Source: Cenococcum geophilum (taxonomy: Eukaryota). Taken from it: DNA of 64,000 nt. Under the pieces are notes generated by a model. The model ran no database searches, was not told the DNA's origin, and saw only the letters and a list, made by a program, of their open reading frames with translations. This document shows, piece by piece, positions 1-12,536 of the stretch; the first letter of the stretch is position 1, and every line of letters starts with the position of its first letter. Position numbers and translations under genes: made by a program. The stretch is from contig CP158635.1 in NCBI GenBank assembly GCA_050273025.1, positions 31,620,001 through 31,684,000 on the forward strand, in the 5' to 3' direction.

Positions 1-123
1 TATTATATATAAATAGTAGGGCCAGCCGCTAAGGCGCTAGTAGTAGGCTAGCTAATAGTAGGAAATAGTATAAGATAGTATAAGACAATATAAAATAGTA
101 TGCGTTAGGTTAGTGCTATAACA
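1..123 (-). repeat. Partial LTR of the Gypsy family seen at 58134-64000 (5' LTR or solo LTR, running off the window start)
   Basis: Co-linear with ~58207-58339 and reverse complement of 646-~770; ends ...gtgctataaca at 123. Confidence 0.85.
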
Positions 124-841
124 ATAATAATGGTAATATTATAGATAAGTAGGAATTTAAAAAAAATCCTTAATATATATAATAAATAAATAAATAAGCA
201 CGGCTTAATATATTATATTAAGTGGAAGTATTATAATAAGGAAACCTAGGAACCTAAAAATCCCTAAAAGGGTATAAGCGCGTATTACTAAAGTTTTATA
301 AATAATACCCTAAGAAGCTAGGACCCCTAAACTAGGTATAAGATAAGAAAAAGTTACGCTAAAACTATAGCCAACTATAAAGATAATTTATAGTAGTTAA
401 AATTTTATAAAACTTTAACCGCCGGTTAAAGTTATCTAATTAGTTAGTTTTTTACTAAGAAGCGCTATATAGTAGTAGTATAGAGTTCTACTAACTTCAT
501 TTATCAAACTAACTAATTAGGATTTTCTATACCCGGTATAAAAAATCACTATTAGCTTAGTTAAAAGCGGTAAGTAGAAGTAATATCTTTATAATAAAAA
601 TAAGTTATTTAATTTAGGGACTAAACCTTTTAAGGAGGGGAGTACTATTACGGCACTAACCTAATTTATACTATTTTATACTGTCTTATACTATCTTATA
701 CTATTTTCTACTATTAGCTAGCCTACTACTAGCGCCTTAGCGGCTGGCCCTACTATTTATATATAATACCCCCTTTTACCTTCTTCTCCTCTTTATACCA
801 TAACGTAGTTATTTAATTTACTTTATTATAGCACTATAATA
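124..841 (+). mobile_element. 3' end of a Gypsy chromovirus (chromodomain remnant, 3' UTR, PPT, 3' LTR 646-841); same family as 58134-64000
   Basis: Reverse complement of ~58134-58865; PPT aaggaggggagtac immediately before the LTR at 646; de-RIPed chromodomain-like text (WEF.KIL...YRIKWK.Y...TWEP). Confidence 0.85.
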
Positions 842-1519
842 TCGCGAAATAAAATTTCTACTAAGTTCCCTTATAGAGATCTCTATTTAGTCCTAGCTAG
901 TACTTACCCCACTTTTAAAAACTCTTAGCATCTACCCTATTAACCTTTACCTCTATATTATAGGACACCCCCATAATACCTTATATATATTTACCTATTT
1001 TTACTACCTTAGTAACTAAAGACTAACTATAAAACGGTAATTTAATAGTAATCTATAGTAATCTAACGGCAACCTACTACATTTTGCTATATTCTACTAA
1101 GTTCTACTAAGTTCTATTAAATCTTACTAAGTTTTACTAGGACTACTACTTAAATCTCATTCTGCTTTATATATATATTAATTAAGTAACTAAGTCTATA
1201 ATATATACCCTTTCTTCCTATTTTCCTATCTTCTCTCCTTATATAACGTTTTAACCTCCTTATATAACGTTTTAACCTCCTTATATAGTTTATATATATA
1301 GCTTAATAATATCTACCTCGCTATATATTATCGCCGCTTATACTTACTCTATAATACTACGTTACATTAACTACCTATACTACTAATAATATGTAGAACA
1401 AACCTAAAACTCCTATAACAACCGCTAGCATTATATCCGCACTTTAAAAACAATTAGTAGGGATATAGAAGTCTTTTATAAACGCCCTTTTATAAAACTA
1501 AGCCATTTTAAATTAATAA

Positions 1520-2186
1520 GGTCGCCACTATTTATACACCCCCTAAATATTACACGTATACCCCCTAATTAATACGCATACACCCCCTACCTTATTTGGT
1601 TTAAATACTTCCTCATTAAGTTAAACACTTCCTCATTAAGTTAGAATATCACGTGCGTTTGACTTGTTTGCGCCTGCATCACGAAAATCAAAGTGCGAGT
1701 CCATAGCATTTCGCTCAAATGCTGAGGGCTCTCTACGAGTTAATCTGTCGACGCAATTGGCAATTATAGAGCTAGTTATAGAGTTAATTGGCCGACCGCC
1801 GCGACGCTCCACAATTGCAGGCTCTTAAATGCGAAGCAGAGGTGTTAATTTAGGTCCTACCGGGCCCAGGGGCGGGCGCGGGCGTGGGCGCGAATACATG
1901 ACGTCTCACAAAGCACTACGCAATCCAATTAATTGACTCAGGCGCGATCCAAATTAGACTCTACTACTTATACTATAGCTAAAATCAAGACTTGATCGTG
2001 ATGTTGCAGTTATAAAACTTACATAGCACGCACTTTGATTTTCGCGATATAGGCGCAAACAAGTTAAACGCACGTAATATTCTAACTTAATAAGGAAGTA
2101 TCTAAACAAAATAAGGTAGGGGGTATATGCGTATTAATTAGGGGGTGTACGTGTATTATTTAGGGGGTGTATAAATAGTGGCAACT
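1520..2186. mobile_element. Non-autonomous DNA transposon (MITE) with ~160-180 bp TIRs, inserted in gag of element A
   Basis: ggtcgccactatttatacaccccc...aaaatcaaagtgcg is mirrored by cgcactttgatttt...gggggtgtataaatagtggcaact; 8-bp TSD attaataa (1512-1519, 2187-2194); GC-rich non-coding core. Confidence 0.85.
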
Positions 2187-5100
2187 ATTAATAATAAGCC
2201 GAATAAGAAGTATAATACTAGTAATTAATTAAGGACCTCTAAAAAGAAATCCGTACTCTTAAAATGCCTATACTAAGACCTTAAAACTAAACGCTATCTT
2301 TAGAAATAAATACGCGGAATGTAAGCCCCGAACCTATAATAGGTTCTTACCCTAAACTAACTACTATTTTATAAAAATTTAAATAACTACTAAATCCCCT
2401 AGTATTTACTAGTAAATAATAAGAGTATTATTTATTTCTAAGCTAGCTTAAAAATAAGCTAATTAGTAACGCTAACTACTACCTAACTAAAGCTAACTAA
2501 CTCTGTTACGCCCTAAGTTAATTAAGAGGAAAGGTAGCTAACCTTATTAAACCTCTTTAGCTAAACTTAGTATAAAGCCTAGTTATACTTCTTAAAGCTA
2601 TATACGGTAACCTAAACTACTAAGCTACTACTTAGAGGAAAATAAACTATATAGCTTAAGGAACGAAAAGTTTCCTAATATACTTCTTTAAATTTAACTA
2701 TTATATAAAAGAAACTAGCTAGAACAACTATATACTAGTTAATAGCCTTATTAAATCTTTAAGCCCTAAACTAAAAACCTCCCTAATAGGCGTAGACCTA
2801 CTAGGAGCCCTTAATGCCTATATAAATATTATTAATAAATAGTGTAATAATATACTACGCCTAATACTAAATACGCTCCTTAATATAATATAATAGCCTC
2901 GTAAATATTTACCAGGTTATCTTAGCTTAAGCTCCCTAATACTATAGATATTAATACTAAGACCCTAGAATACGCCCTACTAAGATCCTTTAAATAAAAA
3001 TAACGCATTAAGCTAGACCTCTACTTTAAATATAGAAGTAACTCCTACCTCTCTAATTACTACTCCACCCCTATACCTAAATATAATTTATAAACGGCTA
3101 ATACTAGCAACTATTTACCATATTAATCTTCCGGTTACTGTCCCTAATCTTTACCTAGTTCTAGCCCTATATTTAATAAGTACTACTTATAAGGGTAAAG
3201 CTATAACTAATATTCTATAGAAACCGCTTTCCGCTTCCTACTAAAAGGTATATTTTAAAGTTAAGTCGCTCTTTAAGACGGCTTTACCTTAGGATCTTAT
3301 TAAATACTTTAGATATTATAAACTCTAACTCTTAGGATTATAATATAACTATTAACTATTATCTTTAGCAGAATAATTAATAGGCTAATATTTAAGTCCT
3401 AATTAATATAGGAGCTAGTAATATAGAATTTATTAATAAGATCTTTATATAAGATAATAGTTTTACCCTAACCCCCCTTAACTAGCATATTAATATATTT
3501 GGATTTAATAATAAACGCACGGTCTTAAGCTAAATTACCTATATAGTATACCTAAGACTTTAATACCTAAACTATAAAGAACTAATTAGGCTTTTTATTA
3601 CTACCCTAGGTTACCTAATAATTCTTAGATAACCCTAAATAAAGCTATATAAGGTAACTATTAATTAAAACAACCTTAAGCTTCTATTTACCGCCTCCTA
3701 TTATAGGCGGAAGTGTTTATAACTTACTACTTAGACCCTAAACTAAAATTTAAAAAATCCACTAAGATTTACCAGTTTTAAATTTTTTACTAACGTCTAC
3801 CCCGTACTTAAAGAATCTACTTAATTCTACTAACCTAGGAATTTTACCGAATTCTACTAGTATAAGACTCCAACTAAATTCCATAAGTTATTACTAAGCA
3901 CTATACTACCCTAAACTAAGTAGAAGCTTAAGCTTAGTATATAAAACTACTAAAAGAACTAGTATCCTATAATAAAAAGAATACTTAAAGAACCTAAACC
4001 TAAATTTAATATTAACTCTATACCTAATACCGAACCTAAAGCTAAATAGGAAACTATATAAGAAACTACGGATAACCTAAGTAAACTTAAAACTTTAGAT
4101 ATTTATATAATTAGAGCTACCTTACTAGCGCGACTCGCTAAAAAACTTAAATATACAATCTTTGCTGTTATAATAACATATATTAAAAAGGCCTTAGTAC
4201 TAAAAAAGCACACTAACCCTGCTATAAAGGTATTAGTAGAGTATTATTACCATTTAAATATATTTTTATAAAAAAAAAAGGCTAATAAGCTACTGGAACA
4301 CCAACTATATAACTATAAGATTATACTTAAAAAAGGAAAGAAGCCTAGATTTAGACCCTTATATAGGATATCCTAAAATAAACTCTAAGTACTATAAAAG
4401 TATTTAGACGAGAACCTAAGTAAAGGATTTATTAAAGTAAGCTTATCGCCTATAGCTATACTAGTAATCTTCGTTAAGAAACCTAGTGGCGATCTACGCT
4501 TCTATATAGACTACTAAGCTCTTAATATCATTACTGTTAAAAACTAATATCCAATCCCATTAATATAGGAGACACTAAAGCTACTAGGTAAGGCTTGTTA
4601 CTATATAAAGCTTAATATTATCTCTATATTTAACCGCCTCTATATAGTAAAAGGAGATAAATAGCTTACTGCATTTTGTACTTGGTATAGATTATTTAAA
4701 TACTTAATAACGCTATTTGGCCTTACAAATACTCTAAGCTCGTTTTAATATTACGTAAATAATACCCTATATCCCTACCTAGATATCTTCTATACTACTT
4801 ATATTAACATTATTCTAATATATAGTAATAACCTAACTAAATATTAAAAATATATTAACCTTATCCTATAAGCCCTATATAGAGCTAGTTTACAACTAAA
4901 TATAGATAAATATAAGTTCTATAAAATGGAAGTTTTATACCTTAAACTTCTTATTTCTATAAATAGTATATAAATAGACCTAAAGAAGATTAAAGTAATT
5001 ATAAACTGGTAGAACCTAAAAATGTTAAGGATGTAAGAGCCTTTATAGGATTTGCTAACTTTTATTAACGGTTTATTAATAACTTCTCCGCCTTAGTTTT

Positions 5101-5973
5101 ATCCCTTATAGCCTTAACCTAAAAGGATAAAGCCTTTATCTTTAATAAGGAATAAAAGAAGGCCTTTACTTATCTAAAGGTTATATTTACTACTGCACCT
5201 ATACTTTAATACTTTAACCTAGAATAAATAAGTGTTATAGAAGCTAACTTATCTAATTATATTACTAGAGGCATTTCATCTTAATATAATAAAGAAAGAG
5301 TATTGCACCCTATAGTATACTTTTTAAAATAACTAAATCCTGCTAATTATAATTATGAGATCTACGATAAAGAATTGCTAGCTATTATTAGATACTTTAA
5401 GTAATGGCGACCTAAACTAAAAGGCGCTAGATTTCTAATTAAGGTCTTTAGCGACTATAAGAACCTATAGTAATTTAAAACTACAAAATAGCTAAGTTAT
5501 TATTAGGCCTACTAGTTAGAATATCTATTCCGTTTCTAATTCTTAATTATATACTACCTAGGTATTTAAGGTTAAAAGCCTAATACCCTAACCTAATGCT
5601 TATAAGACGCGCTAGCCCTAAAAGAAGCGCGCTCTTACTAAAATTAGATCCTACTTTACACTAAACTATTTAACCTTCCTACTAAAGATCTTATAGTATA
5701 CGTCCTTAGAATAACTAATTAATTAATTAAATAGATTATAGTTAATAAATACCCAAATAATAAGTTTATCTAAAAGACGCTTAAGCTAATATAAAATAGC
5801 ATTAAACGCTTTAAAAAGATTTCTTTAAGTAAATATAAAGCTTACGGAAACCGCTTATACTACTAGAACCACCTAGTTATACCTAACTATAAGCTTAAGC
5901 TTCTTAAACACGTATATAACCTACTAGTAGCCAGCTACCTAGGCTAAGGAAAAACCCTAGAGCTACTTTAACG

Positions 5974-6233
5974 AGAAAGGGTATATATTATAGACTTGGT
6001 TGCTTAGTTAATATATATATAAAGTAAAATAGGATTTAGATGGTAGTCCTAGTAGAACTTAGTAGGATTTAGTAAAACTTAGTAGAACTTAGTAGAATAT
6101 AGTAAAATACTGCAGGTTACCGTTAGATTGCTATAGATTGCTATTAAATTACTATCTCGTGGTTAGTCTTTAGTTGCTAAGTTGGTAGAAATAGGTAGAC
6201 GTATATAAGGTGTTATAAAGGTGTCCTATAATA
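5974..6233 (-). repeat. Inverted 5' part of the 3' LTR of element A, with its PPT at 6234-6246 (minus strand)
   Basis: Reverse complement of 956-~1214; adjacent gtacccccctttaaa is the reverse complement of a PPT. Confidence 0.85.
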
Positions 6234-6345
6234 GTACCCCCCTTTAAACTTAAGATTCTGTAAGATAGGGCTATAGTAGTTTTAAATAAAGTTTATATAA
6301 GTCCTATAGAGTTAACGGATTCCTATAAGGGCTTAATAAAGCCTC

Positions 6346-9300
6346 TATAACGGCGCCATCGCATATTATCTGCCAAATTCTACCATATTCTGCCGACTTA
6401 CGATTGGCCCGCCTAAAGCTAGCGCCTTAGCAGCTCACCCTATATATTTGTTTACATTGGTCCTAGCAACCCCTTTTTCCTTCTCTTTAGCTTAGTATCT
6501 TTGTAAGATAGCATTCTATAAGCTTTGGTTCAGAAGCATTTATACAAGCCGTTACATTATACTAAGCTCTCCCTATATTGCCTGGGAAGGCCTTAATAAT
6601 ATCCCACCCTAAAGAGAAAAAACTTCGTCTACAATAACGCGTTAACGCGCTATACTTAGACACTAAAACAACTCTACATTGCCTAGGAAGGCCTAGATAA
6701 TATCCTACCTTATAAGCCAGATAGGACTAGACCTATACCCCTAGAATTAAAACTAAAGCATATAATACTAACAAACCCTAGGAAGCTAATAATGGCACCC
6801 AAAGTAAGCTTATTTAAGAGAGTTGCCTCTACCTAAGAGGAACCTAAGATCTAATTAGGATTAGAAATTAAAGACAATAATAATATCGTAGACGTACGCG
6901 AGCAGATTCGCGCCCTTGTAGCCAGCTAGGAAGCCGATTGTCTTAAGGTAAGGAATATATAAGAGACCCTATAAGAGATCCTTGAAAGCCTTACGGCCCT
7001 ATAAAATAGCCCGGCTTCCCCTTCTTAAAGCCCTAGCTAATATACTTATTTTACTAAATGTAATATACTAGGGAGTACGGATATAATAATAAAGTAATTA
7101 AAGTCCGTTAAGCTCCCTAACCCCTAACCACTCTCTAATAGGATAAAGCCTACCTTTAAAAATTAGAGGATTTAAGTATAAGGAAAACTCCGTATTAACT
7201 ATAACTATTTCCTTTCTAAGGAAGCTAAAATACTCTACCTTTTTAGTCGAACTACTAGGGACGCCCAACGGCACCTTTAAGCTAAGTTTGAGGATAATTC
7301 CCCTATCCAATTTATATCTGTTAACAAAATAATACGGCACCTAGCGGCTATTTATATTAACCTAAATAAAGTATAGGACGCCCGGTATAATTATAATCGC
7401 CTAATAATAAAACTAAACCAACCCTTTACTAAATTTTAAACTTAATTCTTATACCTTATAGGAGAAGGCTAGGTTCCCCTTAAGAACTACCGATTAGACC
7501 TATATAATAAGCTAATAATTCGGCTATAAGAGAAGATCGCTGTAACCTTAAATAACCTTCTAACGTATAATAGACTTATAACTTATTACCTATTACTAGA
7601 TTTAGAACTAAAGCGAATTAACGCCTACCCTAATTGGCAGAAGCGACCCCAAAATAATTAAAACTTATTAGCTATACCTATAGGAGCTAGAGTAGGAAGA
7701 TAAGCCACAACCGCTCTTATACTAAAAGCGGTTATATTTACGCACCGGCGGGCCTTACCTAACTAGCTACGTACTATACCCCTAACTAGTACTCATCGCA
7801 ATACCCTAATTAACCCTGCCTTAGCTACTTGCTACAACTGTAATAAGGAGGGTTACTTTGCCTTATCTTACCCAGAGTTAAAGGATATAGGCGATATTAA
7901 GGAAATAGAGGAAGGAGAAACGTCTAATAAGTTAGGAAAAGAAGAGCCCTAGGGAAAGACTCCCCCCTAGGGTACCCTATTAATCTTAAAGAGATTAATC
8001 TTAGTTAGTTAATAGGTGGAAAGCACTTTACCGTTCTATGTATAGTATCTTAAAATAGATATAGAGTAAATACAACTGCCCTTATTAACACTGGAGTAAA
8101 TAGCTTCGCCTTTATAAATACTGCCTATATAAATAATATTGCCAAATTTCTAAATGCAGAAGCCATCTAACTGGAGAAGCCTGTCTAGGTAAAAGGCTAT
8201 AACAGCTAAGCTGGTCGGCTGGTTACCTACGTCTTAAAGTTGCATATCGCTCTTAATAGACAACGCTAATATAGTATCCCTTTTCGTATCCTAGACCTAG
8301 GGTCCTATAATATAATCCTTAGACAAAAATAGATGTCCTATTTTAATATTTAGCTAAATATATAATAAAGATAGTTTATTTGGCCGGAGGATAGACCAAA
8401 GTTACCCTCTTTTATTAAGGAAATCTAAACTAACTATAAGATACTAGCCGCAAAGGCTAACTCTACCTACTAGTAGGATGTCCGGGCCTGTGACCTAGCC
8501 TTTACTTAAAAAGACGCCCGCCGTAAAGCTAGAAAAAACTCTATACTAATAAAGATACTCTCCTAAAGTGCTATGTTTAAAGAAGACTTTATATACGGAA
8601 GCGGGACAGATAGTAACGTAAACAACGTCTAAATCGCGCAGATTTAACCGGTATGGAAAAGAACGCATTAATAGGATATAAGGGATGACCTCTAAAAGAT
8701 ATAATAGGAGCTAAAAGGAGTAATAATAACGCTAATACCCCGGAAGTCCATAAAGTTACGTACGCCCCTATTATTATATAACCCCCCCGCCGTAGACATT
8801 ACCGTAATTAGCGTAGTAGCGTTTTAGTTTAATATATACTAGAAGGATAATGAGGTCTTTATAATAAGCCTATATAAAATTAACCGAATTATTAATAATA
8901 GGGAGGAAGAGCTAGCTAAGGAGACCGATAAGGAACTAGTTAAACGCCTCCTTTTTACTATTTATATAAAGTATAAGGATGTATTCTTAAGGGCGGCTTT
9001 AGATAAGTTACCCCCTTACCGGACGTATAATTATAAGATTTAATTAGAAGCCAATAACTCGCTAGGTTATAGCCCCCTCTACTAATAATTAACGGATAAG
9101 CTAAAAGTAATAAAGTAGTACTTAATTAATAACCTGGATAAAGGGTTTATTAAGCTAAGTTAAGCCCCTTTTACCTCTCCTATCCTATTTATAAAAAAGC
9201 CTAATAGAGGCCTTTGCTTTTGCATTAACTATTAAAAGCTAAACGCTATTACTTAAAAAAATTAGTATCCTATTTCTTTAATTAATAAGACCCTTATATG

Positions 9301-12300
9301 TCTAAGCTAGGTAAAGATCTTTACTAAACTTAATATCCGCTAAGCTTTCTACCAAATTAGAATAAACCCTATATTTAAAGATTTAACAACATTCCGTACC
9401 CGTTATGGTTCCTATAAATATAAAGTTTTTCCTTTTAGACTAATAAACGGACCGGCTATGTACTAAAGATATATAAATAACGTTCTTTTTAATTACCTTA
9501 ATAAGTTCTACACGGTATACCTAGACGATATTCTTATATACTTAGGTAACAAACTTAAGCATTAAGTTTATATTAAGAAGGTCCTAGAGAGACTATAAAA
9601 CGCGGGCTTATAAGTTAATATTAAGAAATGCAAGTTTAGGGTAAAATATATAAAATACTTTGGGTTTATTATAACTATAAAAGGAATTAAGGTTAACCCT
9701 AAGAAGGTAGAGGCAATCTGTAACTAGAAGCCCCCTTATATAGTAAAAGGAATCTAATTCTTCTTTAGTTTTTATAACTTCTACCGCCGGTTTATCCGCG
9801 ATTATAGAATTATAGTAAAACCTCTTATACGACTAACTAGGAAGGATACGCTTTTTGTCTTTAATAATAGCTATATAGAGGCCTTTAAAGAGATAAAGAA
9901 TTGGCTTATCTCTTCCCTAATTCTTTATTACTATAACCCGGACTTTAAATTAATGCTAGAAACGGATGCCTCTAATAGGGTCGTAGCGGGAATCCTATTA
10001 CAGTTACATTTAGACGGCGAATAGTACCCTATTACTTTCTTCTTAAAAATAATGGACCTAGCTAAGTATAACTATAAAGTATATAATAAAGAAATATTAG
10101 CTATTATTTAATTACTCTCCTAATAGCGCGCAGAGCTTAAAAGTACAAACTTCTAGACTAGGATATATACAGATTATAAAGCCCTAGAGTACTTTATAAC
10201 TATAAAGCAGCTTACTAAATAATAAGCCTAGTAGGCTAAAATACTCTCCTAATTCTTCTTTATAATTATATATTATTCTAGTAAGTAAAACTCTAAGGCT
10301 AATACCTTAACCTAAAGAGAATAAGATATAGGACCCTAGGATAAGCTAAAGACCTAATATTAGACGCGCGCCCTCCTCTATTTAGAATAGCTTAACCTAT
10401 AGATCCTTAAGGAGCTAGACTCCTAGTAAAACAAGCTAGCATTAATAGAGGAGTCCTTAGATAAGCTAATAGGGCTAATTAACCGCCTTTTAACTATAAA
10501 CCGTATAGCTAATACCTTAACGGCCCTCCGTAAATAAGCTGTAAAAGGAAACCCTAATTTTAAAATAGAGGAAGGATTGCTCCTATACTAGGAGCGGCTT
10601 ATAGTCCCTAATATTAATAATCTACGGACTAAACTAATCCGCGAAGCTTATTACTAAGTCTCTACGGCATACCCTAGTAAGAATAAGACCCGTAAAATTA
10701 TTAACTATTACTACTACTAGCCAAAAATAGTTATAGATATTAATTAATATATACGGAACTGCGAAGACTGCTAGAGAGCTATAATCCTATAGAATAAGAC
10801 CCTAGGACTACTTAAGCCACTTCTAATACTAGAGCGCCCTTAGTAGTATATCTTTATAGACTTTTATAAACTACCTAAGGACCGTAACGGATATAATATA
10901 GTTATAGTTATAGTTGACCGCTTTAGTAAACGCCCGTTCTTAATTCCCTATTATAAGAACATTAATGCTAAAGAGGTAGCCCGGCTATATATCTATTACG
11001 TCTACCAAATCTACGGACTACTAGATACTATTATATCTAATTATAGGCTATAGTTTATATTAGCCTTCTAGAATAAGTTTACCTAGATCCTAGGTATTAA
11101 GCTAAAGCTTTCTATAGCTTATTACCCCTAGATAGACAGTTAGACAAAGATTATAAATTAGTACCTAAACTAAAGGCTTAGGCCCTTTATTAACTATTTC
11201 TAGGACAACTGGTCTAAACTACTACCCTTAATAGACTATGCGTAAGTAACCCTACCCTATAACTCTATAGGGTTTGCCCCAATTTAGCTAGAAATGGGAT
11301 ACTTACCCTATATAAGCTTTAACTGGAAAAGGCTAGAAGAACCCTAGACTATATAAGAGAAGCTATTCTATACTAAGGCCTAATAGTACGCTAAATGATT
11401 GGAGGAAGCCTAGACGGTAGCCTGTAAGAACCTAAACAAAGCTTAAAGGTTAATAAAATAGCAGGCGAATAAGCACCATTAAGAGCCCGACTTTACCCCT
11501 AGTAATATAGTCTGGGTTATAATAAAGAATTAGAAGACTAAACGACTTAGCCGTAAGCTAGATTACTAGATAGTAGGGCCGTATAAGGTTTTTAAGAAGA
11601 TAGGCAACTCGTATAAGATAAAGCTCCTAGATTTAATTAGGGTTTACCCTATTTTCTCGCTAGATAAGTTACGGAAAGCTATAAATAACCTATTACCTAA
11701 ATAAAAGAACGAGCCTCCCCTACTAGTTTAAGTAAACGGTAATAACAAATAGGAGGTTAGCGAAATACTAGCCTATAAGATAGTATAGGGAACGCTAAAA
11801 TACTATATTAAAGAGAAGGGCTACGATTCTAACCCAACCTAGTACCCTATATAGAACTTTATAGGCTGCCCCTAAAAGCTTAAAAAGTTTTATAACTAAT
11901 ACCCTAATATACCTAGACCCCTAAAGTACCTAGATAAATGGATGAAATGCTAATATAATAAAGATAATAAGTTACCGGAAGAATGTAGGGATAAAAACGC
12001 CCCAAAGCCCTAATACAGCTATCTGCCAAATTCTGCCATATTCGGCCGTTTTCTGCTAGTACCGTAAAATTTCAAATATTTAGGAACTTTAACCACCGGT
12101 TAAAATTATCTAATTAGTTAGATTCGTGCTAAGACTTTTAGTAGTTACTTTTTCTAGCCTAGTGCTTCCACTTTGCCTATAATTGCCTTTTATACTTAAT
12201 CTAGACGTATTTATATCCCCTTTTATCTCCTTATCTTATATTTTATAATCTTACGTTTATAAGCCTAGGGCTACCCTATTTCTAACTAAGCCTAAAGGTA

Positions 12301-12536
12301 GGCTTTCTTTTAAAGAGGGGGGTGATATAACGGCGCCATTGCATATTATCTGCCAAATTCTGCTATATTCTACTAACCTGCGATTAGCCCGCCCAAAGCT
12401 AGCGCCTTAGCGGCTCACCCTATATATTTGTTTACATCGGTCCTAGTAACCCCTTTTCCCTTCTCTTTGGCTTAGTATCTTTGTAAGATAGCATTTTATA
12501 AGCTTTAGTTTAGAAGCATTTATATAAGCCATTATA
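6346..12536 (+). mobile_element. Gypsy chromovirus B, full length, RIP-degenerate (LTRs 6346-6556 and 12326-12536)
   Basis: 211-bp LTR pair, TSD gcctc; zinc knuckle CYNCNKEG ~7830, protease LIDTG-like ~8080, RT YLDDIL ~9518, RNase H ETDAS ~9960, integrase, chromodomain ~11750-11900, PPT aagaggggggtga. Confidence 0.95.

Noticed and set aside
411..560. Hammerhead or other ribozyme in the shared UTR module
   Set aside because: No CTGATGA...GAAA core with the required stems could be reconstructed by eye.
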